A stretch of DNA of 64,000 nucleotides from Candidatus Heimdallarchaeota archaeon (GTDB taxonomy: Archaea > Asgardarchaeota > Heimdallarchaeia > Hodarchaeales > Hodarchaeaceae): positions 19,417 to 83,416 of the forward strand of contig JBHLSH010000005.1 in assembly GCA_048881705.1 (NCBI GenBank). Direction: 5' to 3'. Below, piece after piece: positions 28,831-37,569 of this stretch; the first letter of the stretch is position 1, and every line of letters starts with the position of its first letter. Both the position numbers and the translations under genes were made by a program. The notes under the pieces are model-generated. The model saw only the letters and a list, made by a program, of their open reading frames with translations. It was not told the DNA's origin and did no database searches.

Positions 28831-30444
28831 ATGGCAACAAAATTACATCCAACAACACAATTCTATCTGTTTCTAGCCCTTCTTATAGGGGTTGTTATTG
28901 GTTCTGGAGGAGGCTTTATCATGTTTTCAATAGTCAACCCTAACCAACCTGCTAGAGAATCAGTGACTTTTGATATTGGAGCTCATCAATGGGGCTTTGA
29001 TCCCAATAGAATTGAGGTAAAGCTCGACGATCACGTCGTCTTGAGATTTTCGAGTAATGCAACAACGGAACCTGCTTACACAAGACACTCAATCATTATT
29101 CAGGCCTATAATATTAGTGTTGATTTACCTGTTGGTCAGATTACAGTTGTTGAATTTGATGCTACTATCCCAGGAGAATTTCTAGGTGAATGTGGTATCT
29201 TTTGTGGGCGAGATCATGCAGCTATGTCTATGACGATAGTTGTAAGCGGATCTGGGGAAGATATTCCTGAACAGGATTTACAACCACTCACCCAACTTAG
29301 CCAAGGTGTTTCGGCTGGAAGTTGGAACAACTCTGACGTGATGGTCATAGTCGAAAGAGAAGCTCGAGCAATATCATTTATTGATGGGAGCACCAATACT
29401 TATCTCGGAAGACTGTCCGGAATTGGCTATCAACCTCATACAGTTGTTTTCTCTAGTAATTTAACCTATGGCTACATCATCGGACGAGGGGGATGGTTTG
29501 TGAAATTCGGTTTGGATGATTTTCAAGCTAAAGGGTGGATAAAGGTCGGCACATCAAGCAGGGGAACCGCAATTAGTAACGATGACAACTATGTACTGAT
29601 AAGTAACTACGAACCTTCTAGTTTTGTAATAGTCGATACGAGAACCATGGAAATTGCCAAAGATTACCAAATCCCGATCCCCTACGATGAAAACGGAACT
29701 ACGGAAGGATCCCGCGTTGCATCGATCATTGATACGCCGAACAACTTGATGGTGGTAGCAATGAAAGATCTAGGTGAAGTATGGGTAATTAATATGTCAG
29801 AACCGAATTTCCCCGTCACAAAGATATTTTACGGTGTTGGAGAGGTTCTTCATGACGCCTTTTTAACTGAAGACGGACGTTATTACTTCCTAGCTAGCCA
29901 GGGGTCCAATTGGATTTGGGTTCTCGATACGGAGACCTTAACAGAGGTAACACGGATTCCTACAGGAGAAAAACCACATCCAGGTCCAGGGGCATTATGG
30001 GGTGATCTGGCCTTTTCCCCATCTGTTGGTGAAGGAAGATTAAACATCTGGAATACCACCTCATTTACGATGCATAGGAATATTACACACGGTGGTCCTG
30101 GATTGTTTATTCGATCATACTCCAGAAATGCTTCCTATCCTTATGTTTGGTGGGATACCATTCTATCGTCAAACCCTGTTGAAAACAGACTAATCCACGT
30201 CCTTGATGCAAGAACAATAGATGATCCTACTCCTCTGATATACGATCTAGATGCAGGAAATGGATCCCTTCATCCTGAGTTCACCTATAATGGAAAATAT
30301 GTCTATGTATCACTTTGGCACGAAAGTAAAGTCCTTGTATACGATGCTTACAATTTCAATGATGGTCCCATCACTTCATTTATTATTACAACGCCAACAG
30401 GGATCTTTAATGCCGGTTTACGTGTCGAGGAAGTAGGATTGTAG
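28831..30444 (+). CDS. Membrane-anchored CuA-type cupredoxin plus cytochrome d1-type beta-propeller (NirS/NirN/NirF family)
   Basis: N-terminal TM; H86...C121-x3-C125-x3-H129-x2-M132 CuA motif; propeller with YQPH203, IGR, SSRG, SRVASI, VLH341D, KPH383PG, GLFI, TPTGIFN matching cd1 nitrite reductase d1-domain motifs; no CxxCH. Confidence 0.8.
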   Translation: MATKLHPTTQFYLFLALLIGVVIGSGGGFIMFSIVNPNQPARESVTFDIGAHQWGFDPNRIEVKLDDHVVLRFSSNATTEPAYTRHSIIIQAYNISVDLPVGQITVVEFDATIPGEFLGECGIFCGRDHAAMSMTIVVSGSGEDIPEQDLQPLTQLSQGVSAGSWNNSDVMVIVEREARAISFIDGSTNTYLGRLSGIGYQPHTVVFSSNLTYGYIIGRGGWFVKFGLDDFQAKGWIKVGTSSRGTAISNDDNYVLISNYEPSSFVIVDTRTMEIAKDYQIPIPYDENGTTEGSRVASIIDTPNNLMVVAMKDLGEVWVINMSEPNFPVTKIFYGVGEVLHDAFLTEDGRYYFLASQGSNWIWVLDTETLTEVTRIPTGEKPHPGPGALWGDLAFSPSVGEGRLNIWNTTSFTMHRNITHGGPGLFIRSYSRNASYPYVWWDTILSSNPVENRLIHVLDARTIDDPTPLIYDLDAGNGSLHPEFTYNGKYVYVSLWHESKVLVYDAYNFNDGPITSFIITTPTGIFNAGLRVEEVGL

Positions 30445-30631
30445 GTATTCCGTTATCCAAACTTGGCTCGTAACGAGCCAGTTTTTCCCTTTTTTCCTAA
30501 TAATACGGGTTGTTTCTTAGCTATGAAAGCGGTACGGTCAGATGCAAGTCCAATCAAGAATGGTAGTGGGAGTTTAACAAGAGAACTGCAAGATATGAAT
30601 CTCAATTTTCCCAAATAAACCAAAAATCCTA

Positions 30632-31744
30632 TTAAATGAACCGCTGCAATGCCTCAATTACTTTGGATTGAGTTTGCTCTCGCTCTTCTAGTTCTCTTTT
30701 GAGGTAATCAATACTGTCAACGGTACTTGGATCCCTATGATTCAACATAGCCAAATAGATACTGATGAAGTCAAACAAGTATGTAATAGACAATAGTTGG
30801 CTAAGCAAGTGGGTCCCCCTAGTATGAATCTCGATGAGTTCGCATTTCGGTTTTACGATTCTCTTGCTGATCTCAAAACGTAAACGAACGTTTGAATGCT
30901 CTGTTGGGAATCGTATAACCAGTACTAGGAAAGGATAATCATTCTTTTCGTATCCTTCCCATCCCACTATATGATTATGGTTCAGTTCTGGTAATTCCTC
31001 AGAGATCGCCAGCATCTTCGAATTCTCGTTGAACTGACACTTAATTCGATTTGCTATGCATCTGTACGGGGCCCAAACAACGGGGATTTTTTGAAATAAT
31101 TTCATGGCAGTATTCTTTGCACTGTTTTCAGGCAAACTAATATCAAGGCGACATTGATCTCGTATATCTCGAAGGATATACAATATTTCATCGATTACGG
31201 TTTTTTGTAAACTTATCAGATCGAATGACTGAAGGATTTTAGCCAAAGCAAAAAAAATGAGTGGAAAGGCTGCTCGGGGCTGAAAACCAGGTGGGATTTC
31301 GAAATACGGTAGTGAGTTCTCCTCAAAAAATCTGGCAATATAACCGCCTGAAGATATCCCTACAACGCGACACCTTTTTTCGAGGGCGAAGAGAAGACAG
31401 GACAGGGTTTCCTCAGTGTTGCCAGAATAAGATACGAAACATACGAGTGTATCTTTACCAGCAAATGTAGGAAGTCTATAATTCCTGGTCACAGTAACGG
31501 GAATTTTAAGTGGAAATATTGCCTTAATATAATCACCACTAACAGCTGAACCTCCCATCCCGCAAATAATGATGTTATTCGGTCTTCCTCCATATAAAAC
31601 TTGGAATCTGTTGGTTTCAATTTGAGATGGAATAGTGAAGTCACGGGAAAGGAGCTCTTCTATCATATCAGGCAGACGGTACACCTGGTTCAACATGTTT
31701 TGGGGATCGTATTCTTTTATTTGAGCCATATTATTTAAATCCAT
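30632..31744 (-). CDS. Bifunctional phosphoglucose/phosphomannose isomerase
   Basis: CGMGGSA, SYSGNTEET, QPRAAF, QFNENSK, PELNHN; start taken at the ATG at 31744. Confidence 0.92.
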   Translation of the reverse strand: MDLNNMAQIKEYDPQNMLNQVYRLPDMIEELLSRDFTIPSQIETNRFQVLYGGRPNNIIICGMGGSAVSGDYIKAIFPLKIPVTVTRNYRLPTFAGKDTLVCFVSYSGNTEETLSCLLFALEKRCRVVGISSGGYIARFFEENSLPYFEIPPGFQPRAAFPLIFFALAKILQSFDLISLQKTVIDEILYILRDIRDQCRLDISLPENSAKNTAMKLFQKIPVVWAPYRCIANRIKCQFNENSKMLAISEELPELNHNHIVGWEGYEKNDYPFLVLVIRFPTEHSNVRLRFEISKRIVKPKCELIEIHTRGTHLLSQLLSITYLFDFISIYLAMLNHRDPSTVDSIDYLKRELEEREQTQSKVIEALQRFI

Positions 31745-31868
31745 GGAGTTCGCTCCGGCGTTGATTTGATAGCAAAGACAGTTACAACAAAAAACATGGA
31801 CCTCATAATGTGTTCTAGGTACTATCTTTCCTTTTTGCATTTTTTTACGGTTATTGTTCTGATGTATT

Positions 31869-32330
31869 ATGCGAGGAACATTCCTCCGACTTCTTAGTTT
31901 TCTCGGCGAAACCGGATACTATGCACGAACGCAAAATGAAAAAGAAATTTTGTCCGAATTAACTGAGACGGGCGTCGTCCAATTAAAAAGGGGAACAAAA
32001 AACGTATATACGTTAACTGGTGAGGGGTATCAGATAGTTAGCGAGAGATCAGCGAATGCCCCCCAAGTATCTGATGACCAATTTCTCCAATGGCTAAGAA
32101 AAGCTTATCATCAATTGGCTAATCCTCTTAACCCATTGGTTAAAATACCTGATCTCAGAACTCGACTAAGCACTAAATGTCACGATACTGTTTTTGAGAA
32201 AAAAATACTGGATTTTCATGAGCAAGGAGTCTTAACTCTTCACACAGCATTTTCAAAACAACATGCGGAAGGTGGGATAGAATCAAGAACCAAACCTGGG
32301 GTATACTACTACGTGATGTTTGAGGCATAG
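31869..32330 (+). CDS. Hypothetical protein with winged-helix-like domains
   Basis: YTLTGEG wing-like motif; second helical unit (LVKIPDLR...FEKKILDFHEQGVLTL); 5 nt upstream of the ATPase. Confidence 0.65.
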   Translation: MRGTFLRLLSFLGETGYYARTQNEKEILSELTETGVVQLKRGTKNVYTLTGEGYQIVSERSANAPQVSDDQFLQWLRKAYHQLANPLNPLVKIPDLRTRLSTKCHDTVFEKKILDFHEQGVLTLHTAFSKQHAEGGIESRTKPGVYYYVMFEA

Positions 32331-32335
32331 TTGCT

Positions 32336-33700
32336 ATGAGCCATACCACTACAATTATTACAGAAAATCCATTTCATACTTTTGTTGCACGCCCAGACGT
32401 TCCTGTACGTTTTAATCTTAACCGACCCAACCAAATGGCCTTAAAGAATGTCAAACGATTTTTAAAAATAATAAGAGCCAAAAAACGAGAAAACGTTCTT
32501 CTTCCAATTATTGCAGAAGCAGGATCAGGCAAAACGCATCTCTTTCATGTAATTCGGGAAGTTGTGACGGATGCTTACCCGGTATACATTCCAGTCCCCA
32601 TTAATACGGAGCGGATATTTGCTCACATTTATTTTGAAACGGTGAAAGCAGGTGGGGCATTGCTTCTTGAATGGGTAGCGGATTATCTAGAACAAACCTA
32701 CAAATCTGTCGAAAATGCAGCTTTAGAATTCCCTGGAATGACCAATATAGTCATCACTGGTTTTTTCGCTCTCAAGGATCCCAAACAGGCCAAAGTAGCC
32801 CTAAAATGGTTAACAGGTTTTGATGTCGACACTGAGACAGTTCATTTTAAGCGGACAATAATGGACGATGAAGATCTAGCATTTGCCGCGTTACAATTGA
32901 TACTTAGGGTGATTGACAAACCCATTATCTTTTTTATAGATGAAGTCGAATCTCTATTTATTTCGCAGGGCCCTGAAGCAGAACTTCGGTTTTTGGAGAC
33001 AATAAAGAAATTAGTGAACGAGGCTTCAAATTTTCTTATGTGCCTTGCCTGTTTAATCACTCTATGGGATAAAATTCTGGATCTTTCAAGCACTGCTTTT
33101 CAAGGACGGATTGAACCTCCGATTGTACTAAAACATTTCACAAAAGAAGATATAACTGACTACTGTCAATCTGTTCTTCCTGAATTCCACGTAAAGTTTG
33201 ATGTTTCACCTTCAGATCCTCTTTGGCCATTAGAAAAGGGAGATATCGAATCTTCATACGCGTACTCACATGGAAATCCTAGAGAAGCCATCAAATGGTT
33301 AGCAGGAATAATAGAGAAGAGAAAAATCGCACTTCTGGAGTCTTTAGATACAAATCAACAGTACCTTACCAAAATTGGAGGAAGAGTAAAAATCACAATC
33401 GAACATGTTCTCAAAGGTACAGTTGGGCTCCTTCACAAAAATCATGGGCTTTTGGTACCTGTATCAAATGAAGAACTCAGGATATTGGTCATAATACCTC
33501 CCCATAGCACCGTATCAGACCTATTTCAGGAGTCATTTTGGGCCGCAGTTATTCGTAGGACCACAAGCGAAGAATATGATAAAATTATCTCGATAGGCGA
33601 AGAGGAAGATATGGGACAACATAGGATCGAGCTTGAATATGAATACTTCGCTGAAGGGGAATTTGAAGATGGTTTAGCTAGAATCTTGAAAGTCAAATGA
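32336..33700 (+). CDS. AAA+ type P-loop ATPase (BrxD/DUF2791- or ExeA-like)
   Basis: AEAGSGKTH Walker A, FFIDEVE Walker B, FQGRI Arg finger, GNPRE sensor. Confidence 0.75.
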   Translation: MSHTTTIITENPFHTFVARPDVPVRFNLNRPNQMALKNVKRFLKIIRAKKRENVLLPIIAEAGSGKTHLFHVIREVVTDAYPVYIPVPINTERIFAHIYFETVKAGGALLLEWVADYLEQTYKSVENAALEFPGMTNIVITGFFALKDPKQAKVALKWLTGFDVDTETVHFKRTIMDDEDLAFAALQLILRVIDKPIIFFIDEVESLFISQGPEAELRFLETIKKLVNEASNFLMCLACLITLWDKILDLSSTAFQGRIEPPIVLKHFTKEDITDYCQSVLPEFHVKFDVSPSDPLWPLEKGDIESSYAYSHGNPREAIKWLAGIIEKRKIALLESLDTNQQYLTKIGGRVKITIEHVLKGTVGLLHKNHGLLVPVSNEELRILVIIPPHSTVSDLFQESFWAAVIRRTTSEEYDKIISIGEEEDMGQHRIELEYEYFAEGEFEDGLARILKVK

Positions 33701-34011
33701 TCTTAAAGACCAAAAGGAAATTGAAAGTTGAAAGGGCCCAAGGTTTGCTTGGGTTTGGATAGCTCAGGAAAGCAAAATCCGAATAGTTTGTTTAAAATTG
33801 TTTAAAAAAAAGTAACCGCAAATAATTGTTGAAAATCAGTTTCAATATACTCGATTGAAATTTCATGGAAACCGTTTCATCAGGAGACAATATCTCGGTT
33901 CTTCTTTGGAAATGAATGATAAATTCAGATTAAAGAAAGGCCGTTAACTTCTCTCTATGGATGAGAATGACATAAAAAACATGAATTGCCTAGTTCAATC
34001 TTAAAATCCTA

Positions 34012-34944
34012 ATGGTGAGTGCATTTAAAATGGTCAGTGGAATTTACATTTTGAATAAAGAGACAGGTATACCATTGTATTCCGTGCCTATCACAAAAGA
34101 TGGTTTTAATCCGAGTAATGGTGATTTGGTATCAGGTTTGATGGGCGCGATAGTGAAGTTTAGCGAACACATCCAAATCGGGCAGATCACAAACTTTGAC
34201 ACACTAGAGCACAAAATTATAGTTGCAAGTTCGGCCAGTAATATCCTCAGTCTAGTTTACGACCAAAAACGCCAATCGATTAGGGACCCCCATTATCTTG
34301 CGGCCTATTTGTTGGATGAATTTGAGCGAAAATACCCTGAACTTGGGAATTCTGAACCACCTGTTGATTTTGACACCACTGGTTTTGATAAGATAATTAC
34401 TGATGCGCTTTCTCTGAATATGCTTCCCTTTTTCTATAATGTAGTAAAATGGGCGAAAAAGGAATATGGAGGCGAGCCTCTTCTGCATCAACAGGCCTAT
34501 ACTGAAAATGAAGAACCCGTTGTCATAGATATAATGTTAGATCGTGGGGATCGTGATATAAAAGGGATATTAGATCGGGTAGCCAGTCGTGTTATCGGCG
34601 AGGACTTTTCAAAGGATATAATTTATATAAAAGTAGTTGATGGACAGGCTGGTGCGGGAGAAATTCGTGAATTTTTTAACATGTGTTCAGCATTTGGAAG
34701 ACGTCGAGGACATGACTCCATGCCTTCCTACTTTCCCTCAATTGCAGTAGTAGTAGCTAGAAGTTATAGTCCAACAGTTCCGCGGATTTTTACGGAGCTT
34801 CAAAAGAATGGAGAAGCTCACTATCTCATTCCAGAAGCCGCCCCTAGAATTGCTAAATCAATTAACAAACCTCCGAAATCACACCAATGCCTAATCCAAT
34901 GTTGGCAATGGGATAAACAGTACCCTGATCTTGTCTATGAATAA
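34012..34944 (+). CDS. Longin-like domain plus degenerate Mrr-like restriction-endonuclease-fold domain
   Basis: N-terminal IYILNKETGIPLY...LVSGLMGAIVKF (Asgard longin-like pattern); C-terminal IDIML...YIK...G.GEIREF...AVVVARSYS. Confidence 0.55.
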   Translation: MVSAFKMVSGIYILNKETGIPLYSVPITKDGFNPSNGDLVSGLMGAIVKFSEHIQIGQITNFDTLEHKIIVASSASNILSLVYDQKRQSIRDPHYLAAYLLDEFERKYPELGNSEPPVDFDTTGFDKIITDALSLNMLPFFYNVVKWAKKEYGGEPLLHQQAYTENEEPVVIDIMLDRGDRDIKGILDRVASRVIGEDFSKDIIYIKVVDGQAGAGEIREFFNMCSAFGRRRGHDSMPSYFPSIAVVVARSYSPTVPRIFTELQKNGEAHYLIPEAAPRIAKSINKPPKSHQCLIQCWQWDKQYPDLVYE

Positions 34945-34946
34945 AT

Positions 34947-36263
34947 TTAGGCCCATTTCTTGGGCAATTCAGGTTCCCAGCCTTTAGGTATCGTTCCAGT
35001 AGCAAAAACCGTGAATCGATGCTTGAAGCTCTTCAGAAGAGAATCAGTCGCCTTTTGCATCTCTGATGGGTCTATTTGCACTAGTTCCGTATACATTTTC
35101 TCGGGGGGAATAGGTTCTCGGAATTTGAGGAATTTTTGGAGAAAATCCACACCGTAAGAAGAAGGATCTTCGATTTCGCTCAAATAGCTCCCCCAAACTT
35201 CTTCAATCAAGGTATTAACCATCGGTTGGGTCCATTCAATATCCTCCAATCTGGCGATTGTATTCATCACTTCTTCAAACACGTTTGGAGTTTGATGAGG
35301 GGGAGCCACAAAAAAGATGGAAGCAGCAGAAATATCAAATAGAGGCTCAAAGCCATATCCACAGACACCTGCAATGCCTTTGCTAATTATTTCTCTGTAT
35401 AAAAGAGAAGTTCTGGAGTTTCCGATATACGTGTTCAATAGGAGGAGCGGAAAAATATGTTCCGACGAGATGCCTGGTGCATCTACGCAAAGTCCTACGT
35501 AACAGAGAGGTTTATCTGTAAGTTGGGTATGGTACTTTATATTTTCATCACGTTTCCCGAGAATGACGGGTGGGGGGTGTTCTGGGTTTACTCGTGGATT
35601 CTCGATATGGCTATCAAAGAGATCTGTGAGAAATTCTTTCCCTTCATCTACTTGAAGGCCACCACACAGACCCAACGCTGCATTGTCGAGGGTATAGTAT
35701 TTGTTAACATATGTCTCGATCATTGGGATGTCGATACCCCGTACGGACTCAGGGCTACCAAGGATCGTATGCTCGAGAGGTGTACCTTCAAAATGCAATT
35801 TGCGAGCGGTAAATAGTGTATGTCTTGCTGGATTATCTAGCGTTAACAAGATTTCCTGGATTACCACGTCTTTCTCGGATTTCAGTTCGCCCGAATCTAG
35901 TCTACGGTTGAGCAGTAAATCATGCCAGATCTGAGCTGCCGTCTTTAAGTGTCTTGTAGGAACCTTAGCGTAATAAATTGTATGATCAAAACTGGTATAG
36001 GCATTCAGTTCCGCCCCCATACGAGTGAAGGCCTCATTTACTTCTTGGGTCGAGTATGAGGGGGTTCCTTTAAATGCCATATGCTCAAATAAGTGACTAA
36101 TCCCGTCTGTAGAGCCAGTGCCGAATCCCATCTCCATCATAGAGCCTACATTGTACGCTATTGCGAATAAGGTTGTTCTTACCCTGGGAATTCCCACCAG
36201 ATGCATTTGTAATCCATTGGGCAGAGAAACGGACTCTATTTCCTCCTCTACTTTGCTTTTCAC
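34947..36263 (-). CDS. M16 family zinc peptidase (active subunit)
   Basis: GISHLFEHMAFKGT (HxxEH), NAYTSFDHT, EKDVVIQE. Confidence 0.93.
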   Translation of the reverse strand: MKSKVEEEIESVSLPNGLQMHLVGIPRVRTTLFAIAYNVGSMMEMGFGTGSTDGISHLFEHMAFKGTPSYSTQEVNEAFTRMGAELNAYTSFDHTIYYAKVPTRHLKTAAQIWHDLLLNRRLDSGELKSEKDVVIQEILLTLDNPARHTLFTARKLHFEGTPLEHTILGSPESVRGIDIPMIETYVNKYYTLDNAALGLCGGLQVDEGKEFLTDLFDSHIENPRVNPEHPPPVILGKRDENIKYHTQLTDKPLCYVGLCVDAPGISSEHIFPLLLLNTYIGNSRTSLLYREIISKGIAGVCGYGFEPLFDISAASIFFVAPPHQTPNVFEEVMNTIARLEDIEWTQPMVNTLIEEVWGSYLSEIEDPSSYGVDFLQKFLKFREPIPPEKMYTELVQIDPSEMQKATDSLLKSFKHRFTVFATGTIPKGWEPELPKKWA

Positions 36264-36269
36264 CTTGGT

Positions 36270-37520
36270 TCACCCTATGGTAATTTCGATCTCGGTTTCC
36301 CATTGCTCATTAAGGACAGATGGGTTGATATTGCCTGAAGCGGCCAAACTAAAGTTTTCAGGAGCAAGAATGTCCTTCCACCATAATGTTAGCTCTTTTG
36401 GATCAACCCTTTGGATTTCAGCGTAAATACTCTCGACTGATTCTTCTAATCCGTGAATACGACGATTGATCATCTTTCCCGTAATCCCCAAGCAGCTATC
36501 GAAATCAAGATCCAGTCCGTTTATCAAGAAATCCTTTGTGGTTTCGAATTCCCGCTTTGAGACAGGCTTCCTTCCCAAATCTACAATCAGATCAGCCAAT
36601 CTTCCTAGAGCTTCCCCTACGCGTGCTGGATTAGTTTCCATAAAACACCTGAGAATCAGGTTATCGTTAATGACGCTCATATTTGACCCAGTAATATATC
36701 CCAATCCCAGTTCGTCTCGTAAAACACGAAACATGCGTGAACCATACGATTCACCCAGTAGTGCACTTGAAAAACGACACATTGCTACATTTAATGGAGT
36801 AGCAGTCGTAGTTACGTTTAAACAAAGATATGCATTCTGATCCGACGGTACTGGGGACAATACCGCGACTTTCTTTCCATTTTTCCGTTTGGGAAACTTG
36901 GTCTGCTCGCTAATGGGTAATTTTCTAGGGGAAAATTCTTCAAACTTCTGTTGTACCTTGGATAGAATAGTTCGATTGAAGTTTCCCACTAAAAAGCCAA
37001 ACATATTCTCGCGAAACTTTGAGAGTGTGGAACTCAAATCCTCTATGCCAATTTTACTTAGAGATTCTTCATCACCAAATTGCGAACGACCCAACAGATG
37101 ATTTGGTCCAAATATTGCTCTATCAGCATCAAAAAAGAGCATCTTTTGTAAGGAGCTCGCCTTAATTTGCTGAACGGTTTGGATAAGTTTTTCGCGTTCA
37201 ATTTCAAATGCCATTGGATTTAGGATGGGAGTGGAAATAAGATCGAACAGGAGATCCAACACGTCGTCAGAATACCTGGGAAGAACGCGGCAACCAAATA
37301 TTGAGTAATCTTTTTCTACAGCGGTGAAGAATACCCCACCCTTGCCATCAATGAGTTTCGCAACCTCTGGTTCAGAATAACGAGAACTACCACGTTTCAT
37401 AACCTGAGCCAACACCGTGGTAGTTCCTCCTACTAAATCGTTCGCTGCTCCGTGTTTTGTTACTAAACCAAGAGTGCAAGTCCTGAAATGGTCATAAGGG
37501 TGCACCATTGACAATTCCAT
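36270..37520 (-). CDS. M16 family peptidase, non-catalytic subunit
   Basis: M16 fold motifs (MKRGS, HLLGR, SRMFRVLRDELGLGY) but no HxxEH; 6 nt upstream of the active subunit. Confidence 0.85.
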   Translation of the reverse strand: MELSMVHPYDHFRTCTLGLVTKHGAANDLVGGTTTVLAQVMKRGSSRYSEPEVAKLIDGKGGVFFTAVEKDYSIFGCRVLPRYSDDVLDLLFDLISTPILNPMAFEIEREKLIQTVQQIKASSLQKMLFFDADRAIFGPNHLLGRSQFGDEESLSKIGIEDLSSTLSKFRENMFGFLVGNFNRTILSKVQQKFEEFSPRKLPISEQTKFPKRKNGKKVAVLSPVPSDQNAYLCLNVTTTATPLNVAMCRFSSALLGESYGSRMFRVLRDELGLGYITGSNMSVINDNLILRCFMETNPARVGEALGRLADLIVDLGRKPVSKREFETTKDFLINGLDLDFDSCLGITGKMINRRIHGLEESVESIYAEIQRVDPKELTLWWKDILAPENFSLAASGNINPSVLNEQWETEIEITIG

Positions 37521-37569
37521 GTCTCATCCACCAAAGATTAGCAGAAAAAGGTACCGAGAAGGAAGAGGG

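Noticed and set aside
28831-30444. Nitrous-oxide reductase NosZ (CuA plus propeller)
   Set aside because: NosZ has the propeller first and CuA at the C-terminus; here the order is reversed and the propeller motifs are d1-type, not CuZ-type.
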